A stretch of 64,000 nt of DNA, taken from NCBI GenBank assembly GCA_963828465.1, contig CAWHEU010000024.1:85569-149568 (forward strand). Reading direction: 5' to 3'. Positions within the stretch are counted from its first letter, which is position 1, and every line of letters begins with the position of its first letter. This DNA comes from an uncultured Acidobacteriota bacterium. Its GTDB lineage: Bacteria; Actinomycetota; Acidimicrobiia; Spongiisociales; ZC4RG35. The position numbers and the translations under genes are program-made. This document shows positions 1 through 9,363 of the stretch, in pieces. The notes below the pieces were generated by a model. That model did no database searches. It had not been told where the DNA came from and saw nothing but the letters and a program-made list of their open reading frames with translations.

Positions 1-342
1 AGATATCGGGCGCAATCGGCGGGATCGCCCTCCGAGGGCGAGACATGGCACAACTGGATCATCCGACTGGTCGAAGACGGGGCGGCGGTTGGGTTCGTGC
101 AGGCAACTGTGACCGGTGAGGAAGCCGAGATCGCATGGCTGGTCGGCGTCGATTGGCAGGGCCGGGGCTTCGCTACCGAGGCTGCAACTGCGATGATCGA
201 ATGGCTCGCCGCTGGCGGGACACGGCGACTGGTCGCTCACATCCATCCCGACCATGCTGCCTCGGGAAAGGTGGCGGCTGCGCTCGGGTTGTTGCCGACC
301 GGAGGGGTGGACTTCGACGGTGAGGAAATCTGGGAGGGTTGA
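1..342 (+). CDS. GNAT family N-acetyltransferase (RimJ/RimL-like), 5' partial
   Basis: Open from base 1 (RYRAQSAGSP..WHNWIIR..VGFVQAT); acetyl-CoA motif WQGRGFATEA and HPDHAAS. Confidence 0.8.
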   Translation, partial: RYRAQSAGSPSEGETWHNWIIRLVEDGAAVGFVQATVTGEEAEIAWLVGVDWQGRGFATEAATAMIEWLAAGGTRRLVAHIHPDHAASGKVAAALGLLPTGGVDFDGEEIWEG

Positions 343-1942
343 TCACATCCGAAAGACGCCGAAGCGATCAGTTCCCTTGACCTCGGCGGAATGGGTGGCA
401 GAGAGGGCGATGCCGAGCACGTGTCGGGTGTCCCGGGGATCGATGAGCCCGTCATCCCGAACTCTCGCGGTCGAGAAGTAGGCCAACTCCTCGGCTTCGA
501 TCTGAGCTTCGACCTCTTTGCGTCGCTTCTCGTCTGCCTCTTCGTCGAAGGGCTCCCCCGCGGGATTCGGACGCCTGACGGGCGATGATCGACATCACGC
601 CGGCGAGCTGGGTCGGCCCCATGACCGCCACCTTGTGGTTGGGATAGCCGAAGACGAATCGGGGGTCGTAGGACCGCCCCGACATCCCGTAGTTCCCGGC
701 GCCATAGGAGACGCCGGCCATGAGAGCGATGTGGGGCACCTCGGAGTTGGCCACGGCATTCACCATCTTGGCGCCGTCCTTGATGATCCCCCGCTGCTCG
801 TAGTCCTTGCCGACCATGTATCCGGTGGTGTTGTGGATGAAGAGAAGCGGAGTGTCGTAGCGGTTGCTGAGCTGGATGAACTCGGTGGCCTTCTGCGCCT
901 CCTCGGAGAAGATCACGCCTTGCTGGTTGGCGATCACGCCCACCGGGAAACCGTGGATGGATGCCCAGCCGGTCAGGATCGATGTGCCATAAACCGCCTT
1001 GTACTCCTCGAAGCGGGAGCCGTCGAGGGTCCGGGCCAGGATCTCTCTCATATCGAAAGGGACCCGGAGGTCGCTCGGGATCACGCCCAGGATGTCGTCG
1101 ACTTCGTGAACCGGCTCGTCGGGGTCCTTGGTCGGCCCATAGCCGCGCTTGCGCCAGTTGAGATGGCTCACGATGTCACGGCCCATCCGGATCGCCTCGT
1201 GCTCGTCCTGAGCGAAGTAGTCGGAGAGACCCGAGACCTTGGAGTGCATCTCGGCCCCGCCGAGCTCCTCGTCGGTCGACTCCTCACCAGTAGCCATCTT
1301 CACGAGGGGCGGGCCGCCGAGGAACACCTTGGCCTGCTCCTTCACCATGACGGCGTAGTCGCACATTGCCGGGAAATAGGCGCCACCCGCCGTCGAGCTG
1401 CCGAACACGATGGCGATGGTCGGGATGCCCGCTTTGGAGAGACGGGTGAGGTTTCGGAACCACTTGCCTCCGACGATGAACACCTCGGCCTGGTCGGGGA
1501 GGTCGGCGCCGCCCGACTCGACCAGATTGATCAGGGGTAGCCGGTTCTCACCTGCGATGTCCATGATGCGAAGGGTCTTGGCCACCGAGTAACGGTTCAT
1601 CGAGCCGGCCTGGCTGGTCGGGTCGTGGGCGAGGATGGCGCATTCCACCCCCTCCACCACGCCTATCCCGGTGACGACATTGGCCCCCAGGTTCTTGTCG
1701 GTGCCCCAGGCGGCCAGGGTCGAGAGCTCGAGGAATGGGGCGTCCAGGTCCAGAAGCAATTCGATGCGCTCCCGGGCCAGGAGCTTTCCGCGGTCCCGGT
1801 GACGCTTGATGTACTGCTCGCCTCCACCCTGTCGGGCCTTCTCCATGAGTTGTTCGAACTCGGCGAGCTTTTCCTCCATGGCGGCCCGATTGACCCGGTA
1901 TTCATCCGACCGGGGATCGACTCTGGTGGGCAGGACCTGCAC
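343..1942 (-). CDS. Acyl-CoA carboxylase carboxyltransferase (beta) subunit, with a 1-nt frameshift near 555
   Basis: RGKLLARERI, ESGGADLPDQ, GSSTAGGAY, SYGAGNYGM. The C-terminus (EPFDEEAD..DDGLIDPRDTR..FGVFRM*) continues in another frame after a C-run at 555-559. GTG start lies 6 nt after TACATT. Confidence 0.88.
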
Positions 1943-1987
1943 ATTCCTAATGTACGGCAACAAACATGGCGGACGGGGTGCTTTGAA

Positions 1988-2432
1988 ATGAAAGCGGCGG
2001 ACTTCCAGGACCTGGTCGGGACCGAGATCGGGGTCAGTGAGTGGATGGAGATCACCCAGAGACCGGGTGGATGCCTTTGCTGACGCCACTGATGACCATC
2101 AGTGGATCCATGTCGATCGTGAACGGGCCGCGGCGAGCCCTTTCGGGGGGACCATCGCCCACGGGTTCCTCACCCTCTCCCTGACGGTTGCGTTGTCCGA
2201 ACAGGTTCCGCTCGAGGTCGGATCCCCCCTGATGGGCATCAACTATGGGCTGGAGAAGGTCCGTTTCCCCGCTCCGATCCCGGTGGGAACCCGGATCAGG
2301 GCCAGAGTCGGTCTTGTCTCGGTCACCGATGTCGAGGGTGGGATCCAGCTCAACCGTCAGGTCACGATCGAGGTCGAGGGCACCGAGAAGCCGGCCATGG
2401 TCGCCGAGACGGTCAGCCGGCTGTACTACTGA
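1988..2432 (+). CDS. MaoC family dehydratase, with a 1-nt frameshift near 2060
   Basis: MKAADFQDLVGTEIGVSEWMEITQ joins DRVDAFADATDDHQWIH..FGGTIAHGFLTL..NYGLEKVRF if one base at about 2060 is removed. Confidence 0.87.
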
Positions 2433-2452
2433 CCTCGAAGGCTGATTGGGAT

Positions 2453-3149
2453 CTAGCAGGCTTCGCCCGCCCCCGACCACGATCACCTCGCCGGTGATGT
2501 AGCTGGAGAGGGGTGTGAGGAGCCACCAGACTGTGTTGGCGATCTCGTCCGGGGTCCCCATCCGGTCGAGGGGGATCGAGTCGACCATCTTCTCCCGGAT
2601 GTCCTCGGGGATGGCCATGCTCATCTCCGATGAGATCAGGCCCGGGGCCACTGCGTTGACCCGGACATGGGGGGCCAGAGACAGAGCCATGGCCCGGGTC
2701 ATGCCGACCACCCCGCCCTTGGACATCGAGTAGTTGAACTGGCCGAAGTTGCCCAGATATGCCCGGGAGGCGATGTTGACGATGGATCCGCCGTCGGACA
2801 TCAGAGGAGCCAACTCGGTCGTCAATCGATAGGTCGCCCCGAGATTGATCTCGAGAACGGCGGCGAAGTCCGCGTCTTTCAGATTGACCAACCGGGCGTC
2901 CCGGGTGATCCCGGCGTTGTTGACCAACCCGAGCAGGGGCGACCCTGATGCCTCGACCGCTTCGGTGACCAAACCCGGGCCTTCGATCGAGATCAGGTCG
3001 ACCTGCACCGGGATGATCGACTCGGAGAGCGCCAGCTCGGGGGCGATGTCGACGCCGATGACGGTCAACGGACCGGTCGACGCCATCTTCTCGGCGATGG
3101 CCCTGCCGATACCACGTGCCGCCCCGGTGACAACGATGGTCCCGTTCAT
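2453..3149 (-). CDS. SDR family oxidoreductase (FabG-like); 3' end uncertain
   Basis: TGAARGIG, NNAGITRD, YSMSK, VNAVAPG. The ORF runs on antisense through MaoC; an out-of-frame TAG at 2453-2455 lies where SDRs normally end. Confidence 0.85.
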
Positions 3150-3520
3150 GCCAGCGTCTTCCCGATGTGGCCCGAACCGACCCTTATCAGCTCACCGTTG
3201 ACGCTGCCGTCGTCGAGCAGGCGACGGGCCCACCCTTCCGCCACCGAACGCTCCTCCTGGTCGAAGGCGACCACGTTCGCCGTCCATCCCTTGCGAGCTC
3301 CCTCCAGCGCGGCCGTGCGTGCAGCAGAGAGCAAACCGCAGGCGACCATCGCGTTCGCTGGTCCCCTTCTCCCCAGCAGGTCGTCCTGACGCACGACATA
3401 GACGATCGATTCCTCGCCCTGCGCCACCGACCGAGCCGCCTCGAACGCCCGGGTCAACTCGGCGAGGACCGAGGCCCAGTCCTCGTCGACGTCTTCGGCC
3501 CAATGGACCAACCCGCTCAC
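3146..3520 (-). CDS. Hypothetical protein resembling a degenerate SDR half-domain
   Basis: 4-nt overlaps with both neighbours; AARTAALEGARKGWTANVV and VNGELIRVG resemble SDR C-terminal elements; no GxxxGxG or YxxxK. Confidence 0.6.
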   Translation of the reverse strand: MSGLVHWAEDVDEDWASVLAELTRAFEAARSVAQGEESIVYVVRQDDLLGRRGPANAMVACGLLSAARTAALEGARKGWTANVVAFDQEERSVAEGWARRLLDDGSVNGELIRVGSGHIGKTLA

Positions 3521-4701
3521 GAGACGACCGCGGTCCCGGACGCGACCATCTTCTCGATTGAGTCGGGATCTACCCCCGCCTCCCGCAGGATCGGCCGGGT
3601 GTGCTGGCCCAGAGTGGCAGGGGGGGAGGTGGCGCGGGCGGGCGCGCCGTCGATGTGGATCGGCGAACCGGTGGTCTTCACCGAGCCTGCCACGGGATGG
3701 TCGAACTCGACGATCATCTCGTTGTGCCGCGCCTGCGGGTCGGTCAACGCCTCGCTCAGGGTGAGGACGTGACCCACGGGAAGACCGGCCTCACCGAGCA
3801 CGGTCACCCAGTGATCGGCCGTCTCCATCTTGAACACACTCGTGAGCTTCCTGGCAAGGGCGTCCCGTTTGGCCATCCGCATTTCGTTGCTCGGGTATGA
3901 ATCCACCAGCTCGGGCAGACCGAGGCTGTCGGCCAGGACCCGGAAATGTCGATCCGAGACGACGGCCAGCGTGAAGTGCCCGTCGAGAGCTTCGAATACC
4001 TGACTGGGGGCGACGTAGGGGCTCGCCGTCCCCACCCTCTCCGGCTGCTTCCCTTCGGCAAAGGCAAGTGCGTTCCACGCCGACTGGACCGCGATCACAC
4101 CGTCACGCAGCGAGACATCGATGTGCCTTCCCGATCGGGGCGTCTCCGCCAGTGCCGCCGAAATCGCCAGCGCTGCGTTGGTGCCTGCCACGTAGTCGCC
4201 GATCGTGGTGGCAGTTTTCATCGGCCTGTCTTTTGGACCGCCCGTGATCGAGATCATGCCGGCCTCACCCTGGAACACGATGTCGATCCCGGCTCGATTC
4301 GCGTAGGGGCCTTCGGCGCCGAAGGCGGAGATCGAGGCGTATATGAGCGTCGGGTTCAACTCGTGCGAGCGACTGGCGCCGAACCCGAGTCGTTCGATTG
4401 CCCCATGTCTGAGGTTGTGGATCAGCACGTCGGCCTTCCGAACCAAGTTGTCGAGAACCCGTTTCGACAGCCAGTCCTTGGTGTCCAGGGCCAGGGACTC
4501 CTTGCCCCGGTTGACCGCCATGAAGAAGGCGGACTCGCCGTCTTGATGAGGCCCGAACCCGCGCGACAGGTCCCCTTCGGGGGGCTCCACTTTCACCACC
4601 CGGGCTCCCAAGTCGGCGAGGAGCATGGCGGCGTAGGGCGCCGCGATCAGATTGCCGAACTCGATGACGAGGGTGCCATCGAGGGGCCCGACGTCAGACA
4701 C
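3517..4701 (-). CDS. CaiB/BaiF family (class III) CoA transferase
   Basis: LADLGARVVKVEPPEGD, NRGKESLALD, DIVFQGEAG, PPATLGQHT. Confidence 0.92.
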   Translation of the reverse strand: MSDVGPLDGTLVIEFGNLIAAPYAAMLLADLGARVVKVEPPEGDLSRGFGPHQDGESAFFMAVNRGKESLALDTKDWLSKRVLDNLVRKADVLIHNLRHGAIERLGFGASRSHELNPTLIYASISAFGAEGPYANRAGIDIVFQGEAGMISITGGPKDRPMKTATTIGDYVAGTNAALAISAALAETPRSGRHIDVSLRDGVIAVQSAWNALAFAEGKQPERVGTASPYVAPSQVFEALDGHFTLAVVSDRHFRVLADSLGLPELVDSYPSNEMRMAKRDALARKLTSVFKMETADHWVTVLGEAGLPVGHVLTLSEALTDPQARHNEMIVEFDHPVAGSVKTTGSPIHIDGAPARATSPPATLGQHTRPILREAGVDPDSIEKMVASGTAVVS

Positions 4702-5905
4702 GCTCGATGACCGTGCTGATCCCCTGGCCCACCCCGATGCACATCGTGGCTAGCCCGTAGCGGCCGCCCCGACGCACCAACTCATGGGTGAGGGTGGTGA
4801 GTATCCGTGCCCCGGAAGCCCCGAGTGGGTGCCCGATGGCGATCGCCCCGCCGTTGACGTTGACCCGCTCCTGATCGATCTCCAGCAATCGCATGCTGGC
4901 CACGGCCTGGGAGGCGAAGGCTTCGTTTATCTCGACCAGGTCGAGGTCGTCAGGACCGATCCCGGCTCGCTTCATCGCCTTCTCCGAAGCCGGCACCGGG
5001 CCGATCCCCATCACATCGGGGTGGACTCCCGCCGCGGCCGAAGACACGATCCGGGCCATCGGAGTCAGGCCATGGGTGGCCAACCCGGCGTCGGTCGCGA
5101 GAATCAGGGCAGCGGCCCCGTCGTTCATCGGCGATGAGTTGCCCGCCGTGACGGTCCCATCCTCCTTGAAGACGGGGGCGAGCTTGGCCAGTGCTTCCAT
5201 CGAGGTGTCCGCCCTCGGCCCTTCATCAGCTTCGATCAACCTCGTCTCCCGGCGTCGGGAGTCGACGGGTGCCTCGATAGGCTCGATCTCGTCGTGGAAG
5301 CGACCAGCCGCGACCGCCGCCAGGGCCAACTGGTGACTGCGCAGCGCAAAGGCGTCCTGGTCCTCCCGACTGACGTCGTACTTGGCAGCAACAACCTCGG
5401 CAGTCATACCGAGTGTGATCGGCGGGTAGAGCTCGTTCATCCTCGGGTTGACCAGGCGCCAGCCGAGAACTGTGTCGACGATCTCGGGTGCGCCGGTGGC
5501 GAACGGGCGTTCTGGCTTCGTCATCACGTAGGGCGAGCGAGTCATCGACTCGGATCCTCCGACCAAGACGACGTCACCCCACCCGCCGGCAAGGGCGTGC
5601 GCCCCCGAGATCACCGCCTGCATCCCAGAGCCGCACAGCCGGTTGACTGTCGCTCCCGGGATCTCGATCGGGAGGCCGGCGAGGAGGCCGGCCATGCGGG
5701 CCACGTTGCGGTTGTCCTCACCCGCCTGGTTGGCCGCGCCCCAGTAGATGTCTTCGATCGCCATCGGGTCGAGATCGGGCTGGCGTCTCAGTGCTCCGGC
5801 GATGGCGTGGGCGGCCAGGTCGTCCGGCCTGATCTGGGCGAGCTGCCCTCCGAGCTTGCCCATCGGAGTGCGACAGGCATCGACGATGTAGATGTCACCA
5901 CTCAT
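4694..5905 (-). CDS. Thiolase (acetyl-CoA C-acyltransferase, PaaJ/PcaF-like)
   Basis: [40 protein letters not shown]. Confidence 0.93.
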   Translation of the reverse strand: MSGDIYIVDACRTPMGKLGGQLAQIRPDDLAAHAIAGALRRQPDLDPMAIEDIYWGAANQAGEDNRNVARMAGLLAGLPIEIPGATVNRLCGSGMQAVISGAHALAGGWGDVVLVGGSESMTRSPYVMTKPERPFATGAPEIVDTVLGWRLVNPRMNELYPPITLGMTAEVVAAKYDVSREDQDAFALRSHQLALAAVAAGRFHDEIEPIEAPVDSRRRETRLIEADEGPRADTSMEALAKLAPVFKEDGTVTAGNSSPMNDGAAALILATDAGLATHGLTPMARIVSSAAAGVHPDVMGIGPVPASEKAMKRAGIGPDDLDLVEINEAFASQAVASMRLLEIDQERVNVNGGAIAIGHPLGASGARILTTLTHELVRRGGRYGLATMCIGVGQGISTVIERV

Positions 5906-5935
5906 TCTCGATCCGTTCACATTCTCGCCAGTTGG

Positions 5936-5973
5936 TCCGGGTCGAATAGGGGGGAACCCCTATTTCACCCGGA
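5936..5973. promoter_or_regulatory. Dyad or hairpin in a divergent promoter region
   Basis: TCCGGGT-cg-AATAGGGG-ggaa-CCCCTATT-tc-ACCCGGA. Confidence 0.5.
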
Positions 5974-6012
5974 ATCTTGAAGCCGTATGTTCGGTTTAAA
6001 AGGACGATAGAG

Positions 6013-6105
6013 ATGAACGAGCCCCGCAGAGACCCGATGAGCCTGGTGGCATACGCTCCGGCCGGGCTGCTCGTCCTCTACGTCCTGTTCCGCCTCATGT
6101 TCTGA
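6013..6105 (+). CDS. Putative 30-aa small membrane protein
   Basis: AAAAGGA upstream; MNEPRRDPMSLVAYAPAGLLVLYVLFRLMF*, one hydrophobic segment, GC3-rich codons. Confidence 0.5.
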   Translation: MNEPRRDPMSLVAYAPAGLLVLYVLFRLMF

Positions 6106-6121
6106 GGGCTACGGTTGGCCA

Positions 6122-6682
6122 ATGGACCGACCAGACCTCCTCCCTTTCACCGAGTCCGACGAGGCAAACCGGCTGCTCGCCTCCGACGGGTTCGCCCTCC
6201 TCACCGGCATGCTGCTCGACCAGCAATTCCCCATGGAGCGGGCCTTCTACGGCCCTCAGCTCCTCAAAGACCGCCTCGGTGTGGAACTCACCCCGGAAAT
6301 CGTCGCCGCCACTCCCCTAGAGGACCTGGAGGTGATTTTTCGCGGGCCACCGGCCATCCACCGTTATCCGTCGTCGATGGCGAAGCGGACCCAGGAGCTG
6401 GCGCGGGCGGTGATCGATGACTATGACGGCAGGGCGGAGAACCTATGGGATACCGCCGTGGACGGCTCGGAGCTCCTGAGCCGTCTCCGGGCGCTACCTG
6501 GATTCGGGGCCGAGAAGTCCAGGATCTTCGTCGGCCTCCTCGGGAAACGTCTCGGAGTGCGGCCTGAAGGGTGGGAGGAGAAGGCAGCCGACTGGCCTTC
6601 GATCGCTGATGTGGCCAGTTTCGACGACGTGCTCGCCCTGCGAGAGAAGAAGAAGGCGATGAAGGCCGCCAAGCAGGCCTGA
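6122..6682 (+). CDS. HhH-GPD-type base excision DNA repair family protein (actinobacterial type)
   Basis: GMLLDQQFPMERAF, PAIHRYP, LPGFGAEKSRIF, SIADV. Confidence 0.88.
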   Translation: MDRPDLLPFTESDEANRLLASDGFALLTGMLLDQQFPMERAFYGPQLLKDRLGVELTPEIVAATPLEDLEVIFRGPPAIHRYPSSMAKRTQELARAVIDDYDGRAENLWDTAVDGSELLSRLRALPGFGAEKSRIFVGLLGKRLGVRPEGWEEKAADWPSIADVASFDDVLALREKKKAMKAAKQA

Positions 6683-6686
6683 AGTT

Positions 6687-6715
6687 CTCAACCGCTCCCC
6701 CGTTCCTGCCGATAG
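6687..6715 (+). promoter_or_regulatory. Putative sigma28 (FliA/WhiG-type) promoter
   Basis: CTCA-N17-GCCGATAG ending 28 nt upstream of the DUF4388 gene. Confidence 0.5.
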
Positions 6716-6743
6716 GGGGGAGCAAGGGAACGGAAGGGTATCG

Positions 6744-7604
6744 ATGCATCTCTCGGGCCAGCTCTCTGATTGGAGCATCAACGATCTGCTCCAGATCATG
6801 CAGGTCACTAAGAAGACCGGGTCACTCGACATCGAGGGACAACGTCGCGGGCGTGTCCATTTCCGCGAGGGACGGGTCACAGGAGCCGAATTGAGCGGTC
6901 ACGACGGGGCACACACCGGGTCCGATCGCGCTGGTGTCGCCGACATCCTCTACGTGCTTTCCACAGTCGCCGAGGGCTCGTTCTCCGTGGGGGCAGCCGA
7001 TGGCCCCGACGCCAAGGGTTGGACGGTCGAGGAGGTCCTCGTCGATGTCGATGCGCTTCAGACCCTCGAGGGTGAGATCGCAGAGACCGGCCTGTTTGAG
7101 GCCAACGGCGTGAAGCTCATCAACGAGATCGCCGACCCGATGACCGTGGAGCCTGCCGATTGGCAGACGTTCGTCAATCTGGTGCCTACCTTCAGCTTCG
7201 GCGCCCTCGAGGCGAGGTATGGCCGCGGCACTGCAGTTCGCACCTTTCATACCCTCAATCGGCTGGGCCTCGCCGAGACCGTCGCCATACCCGAAGAAGA
7301 GGCCGAGTGGCTCGACCGCCTGGCCGAAGGTGTCGCTTCCAATGGCGCCTGGAACGGGGTCGGTGACGAGGACGAGGTTGAGCCGGTCGCCGACACAGAG
7401 TCCGAGGTCGTCGGAGACGTCACCGAGCCGGCAACGGCGGAGGAGCCCGAGGTCACCGAGCCCGAGCCGGTGAGCGTCGCCGCCTCGAAGCCGAGCCGGG
7501 CCCACGTGGAGCTCAAGGGGGTCTCCGCCCATGCGTCGACCACCCTCACCGATGGTGTGTACGACGAGATTCGCCGTCTTCGGAGCCGGGTCGGCGATAA
7601 GTAA
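6744..7604 (+). CDS. DUF4388 (PATAN-like) domain protein with acidic tail
   Basis: N-terminus LSGQLSDWSINDLLQIMQVTKKTGSL..GRVHFREGRVTGA. Confidence 0.78.
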   Translation: MHLSGQLSDWSINDLLQIMQVTKKTGSLDIEGQRRGRVHFREGRVTGAELSGHDGAHTGSDRAGVADILYVLSTVAEGSFSVGAADGPDAKGWTVEEVLVDVDALQTLEGEIAETGLFEANGVKLINEIADPMTVEPADWQTFVNLVPTFSFGALEARYGRGTAVRTFHTLNRLGLAETVAIPEEEAEWLDRLAEGVASNGAWNGVGDEDEVEPVADTESEVVGDVTEPATAEEPEVTEPEPVSVAASKPSRAHVELKGVSAHASTTLTDGVYDEIRRLRSRVGDK

Positions 7605-7615
7605 CGTCGGCGGGC

Positions 7616-8272
7616 ATGGCTGCCCGCACCGGTTCTGAGTCCGATGTCCCTCTGATAGTGGGGATCGCGGGGGGTTCCGGGTCCGGAAAGACAACCATCG
7701 CCGGCTCCCTGGTCGACCAAATGAACGGGCAGGTGGCCCTCGTCCAGCACGACGCCTACTACCGGCACACACCACAGCTCTCTTTCGAAGACCGGTCCAA
7801 GGTCAACTACGACCATCCCGCCTCATTGGAGACGGAGCTGTTGGTGGCGCATCTGGTCGCTCTCCGATCCGGGGAGCCGGTGGAGAAGCCCTCCTACGAC
7901 TTCGCACGTCATCTCCGATCCGACGAGGTGGTGATGATCGCCCCTGCGCCAGTGATCGTCGTCGAGGGGATCCTGGTGCTGGCCGAACCCGGCCTGCGAG
8001 CCGAGCTCGACCTGAAAGTCTTCGTCGACACCGATGCAGACATCCGCCTCGCCCGTCGTCTGGAGCGGGACATCGAGGAGCGGGGGCGGACTGTCACCTC
8101 CGTCATCGCCCAGTACTTCGCATCGGTCCGCCCCATGCATCTGGAATTCGTCGAGCCCTCGAAGGGGTACGCCGACGTCATCATCGAGGACGGCTTCACT
8201 TCGGAGGCGGTCGACGTGGTGATCGAGATGATCCGCTCACAGCGAGGCTGGGATTTCGGCCCGGTCGTATGA
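7616..8272 (+). CDS. udk: Uridine kinase
   Basis: IAGGSGSGKTT, NYDHP, VEGILV, RRLERDIEERGR, MHLEFVEPSK. Confidence 0.93.
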   Translation: MAARTGSESDVPLIVGIAGGSGSGKTTIAGSLVDQMNGQVALVQHDAYYRHTPQLSFEDRSKVNYDHPASLETELLVAHLVALRSGEPVEKPSYDFARHLRSDEVVMIAPAPVIVVEGILVLAEPGLRAELDLKVFVDTDADIRLARRLERDIEERGRTVTSVIAQYFASVRPMHLEFVEPSKGYADVIIEDGFTSEAVDVVIEMIRSQRGWDFGPVV

Positions 8273-8280
8273 TTTCTGAG

Positions 8281-9093
8281 ATGACCGCACATCCCACGGT
8301 CGCAATTATCGGTGTCGGAGCTATGGGCGAGGCTTTGCGGCGTGGCCTCGAGCGTGCCGGATGGGCGCCACAAGAGCTCTCGCTCGCCGTGCGCAGGGAG
8401 GACAGGGCGACCGAGCTCTCATCTCGCACCTCATCCCTCGTCACGCTCGACCCCAAAGAAGCCATCGAGGGCCGTGATGTGATCGTTGTGGCGGTGAAGC
8501 CGAGGGATGTCGGCGGAGTCATCGAGCGACTCTCCAACAACATCGCCACTGGTCAGATGGTTCTCTCGCTCGCTGCCGGAGTCACGACCAGGACATACGA
8601 GGACGTTCTTGGGGAGGTCGCTGTCGTGAGGGCAATGCCGAACACGCCGGCTCTGGTTGGGGAAGGCGTAACGGGGATTGCTCGGGGCACGCACGCCGGC
8701 GAGGCGCATCTCAAGCGAGCGACGGAGGTCCTCGGAGCGGTGGGCGGGGTCAGGGTGATGGACGAATCGCTGCTGGATGCGGTGACTGCAGTGTCCGGTA
8801 CCGGGCCGGCGTATGTCTTCCTCCTAGCGGAGGCGCTCACCGAGGCCGCTGTCCGGGAGGGGCTACCCCGTGACATCGCCGAGGAGTTCGTTCATCAGAC
8901 CATCCGTGGCGCCGGTCATCTTCTGACCGATACCGACACCACACCGGCCGAGCTGCGCTCACAGGTGACTTCGCCGGGAGGGACGACCGCTGCCGCCGTG
9001 CACGTGCTCGAAGAGCGGGGATTTCGGGCTCTGGTCGAGGACGCGGTCCAAGCTGCGGCGAAGCGAGCAGCAGAGCTCGGGCAGCAGGGTTGA
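8281..9093 (+). CDS. proC: Pyrroline-5-carboxylate reductase
   Basis: IGVGAMG, AVKP, RAMPNTP, SGTGPAY, VTSPGGTT. Confidence 0.95.
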   Translation: MTAHPTVAIIGVGAMGEALRRGLERAGWAPQELSLAVRREDRATELSSRTSSLVTLDPKEAIEGRDVIVVAVKPRDVGGVIERLSNNIATGQMVLSLAAGVTTRTYEDVLGEVAVVRAMPNTPALVGEGVTGIARGTHAGEAHLKRATEVLGAVGGVRVMDESLLDAVTAVSGTGPAYVFLLAEALTEAAVREGLPRDIAEEFVHQTIRGAGHLLTDTDTTPAELRSQVTSPGGTTAAAVHVLEERGFRALVEDAVQAAAKRAAELGQQG

Positions 9094-9363
9094 GTGTCTT
9101 CTCCCGAGTGGTCATGGCCCTCACCGAGGCCAGGCCAGTGGAGCGGACGATCACCGGCACCGGGCGAGGCAAGGCGCGGCTGATGCCCTTTGGGCGGGCA
9201 CATCTCTGACCCGCCGGCTCGCCGAACGGCCGTCGAACGCCTGGTTCTTAGTCCGATCGGTCTTCGAGGGCTGATCCTCTCACGTGATTCGGTTCCACAG
9301 GACCGCATGTGATGCGTTTGTGTCCCAATTACGACCTGCAGACCAACCCTAAGATCACCGCCC

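Noticed and set aside
545-565. Programmed ribosomal frameshift in the carboxyltransferase
   Set aside because: Only a short homopolymer with no clear slippery heptamer or stimulator; indels cluster at the window ends, as expected for assembly error
452-2089. 545-aa ORF as the true carboxyltransferase boundaries
   Set aside because: Its N-terminal extension overlaps the divergent MaoC gene and its C-terminus is out of frame; the gene is better placed at 343-1942
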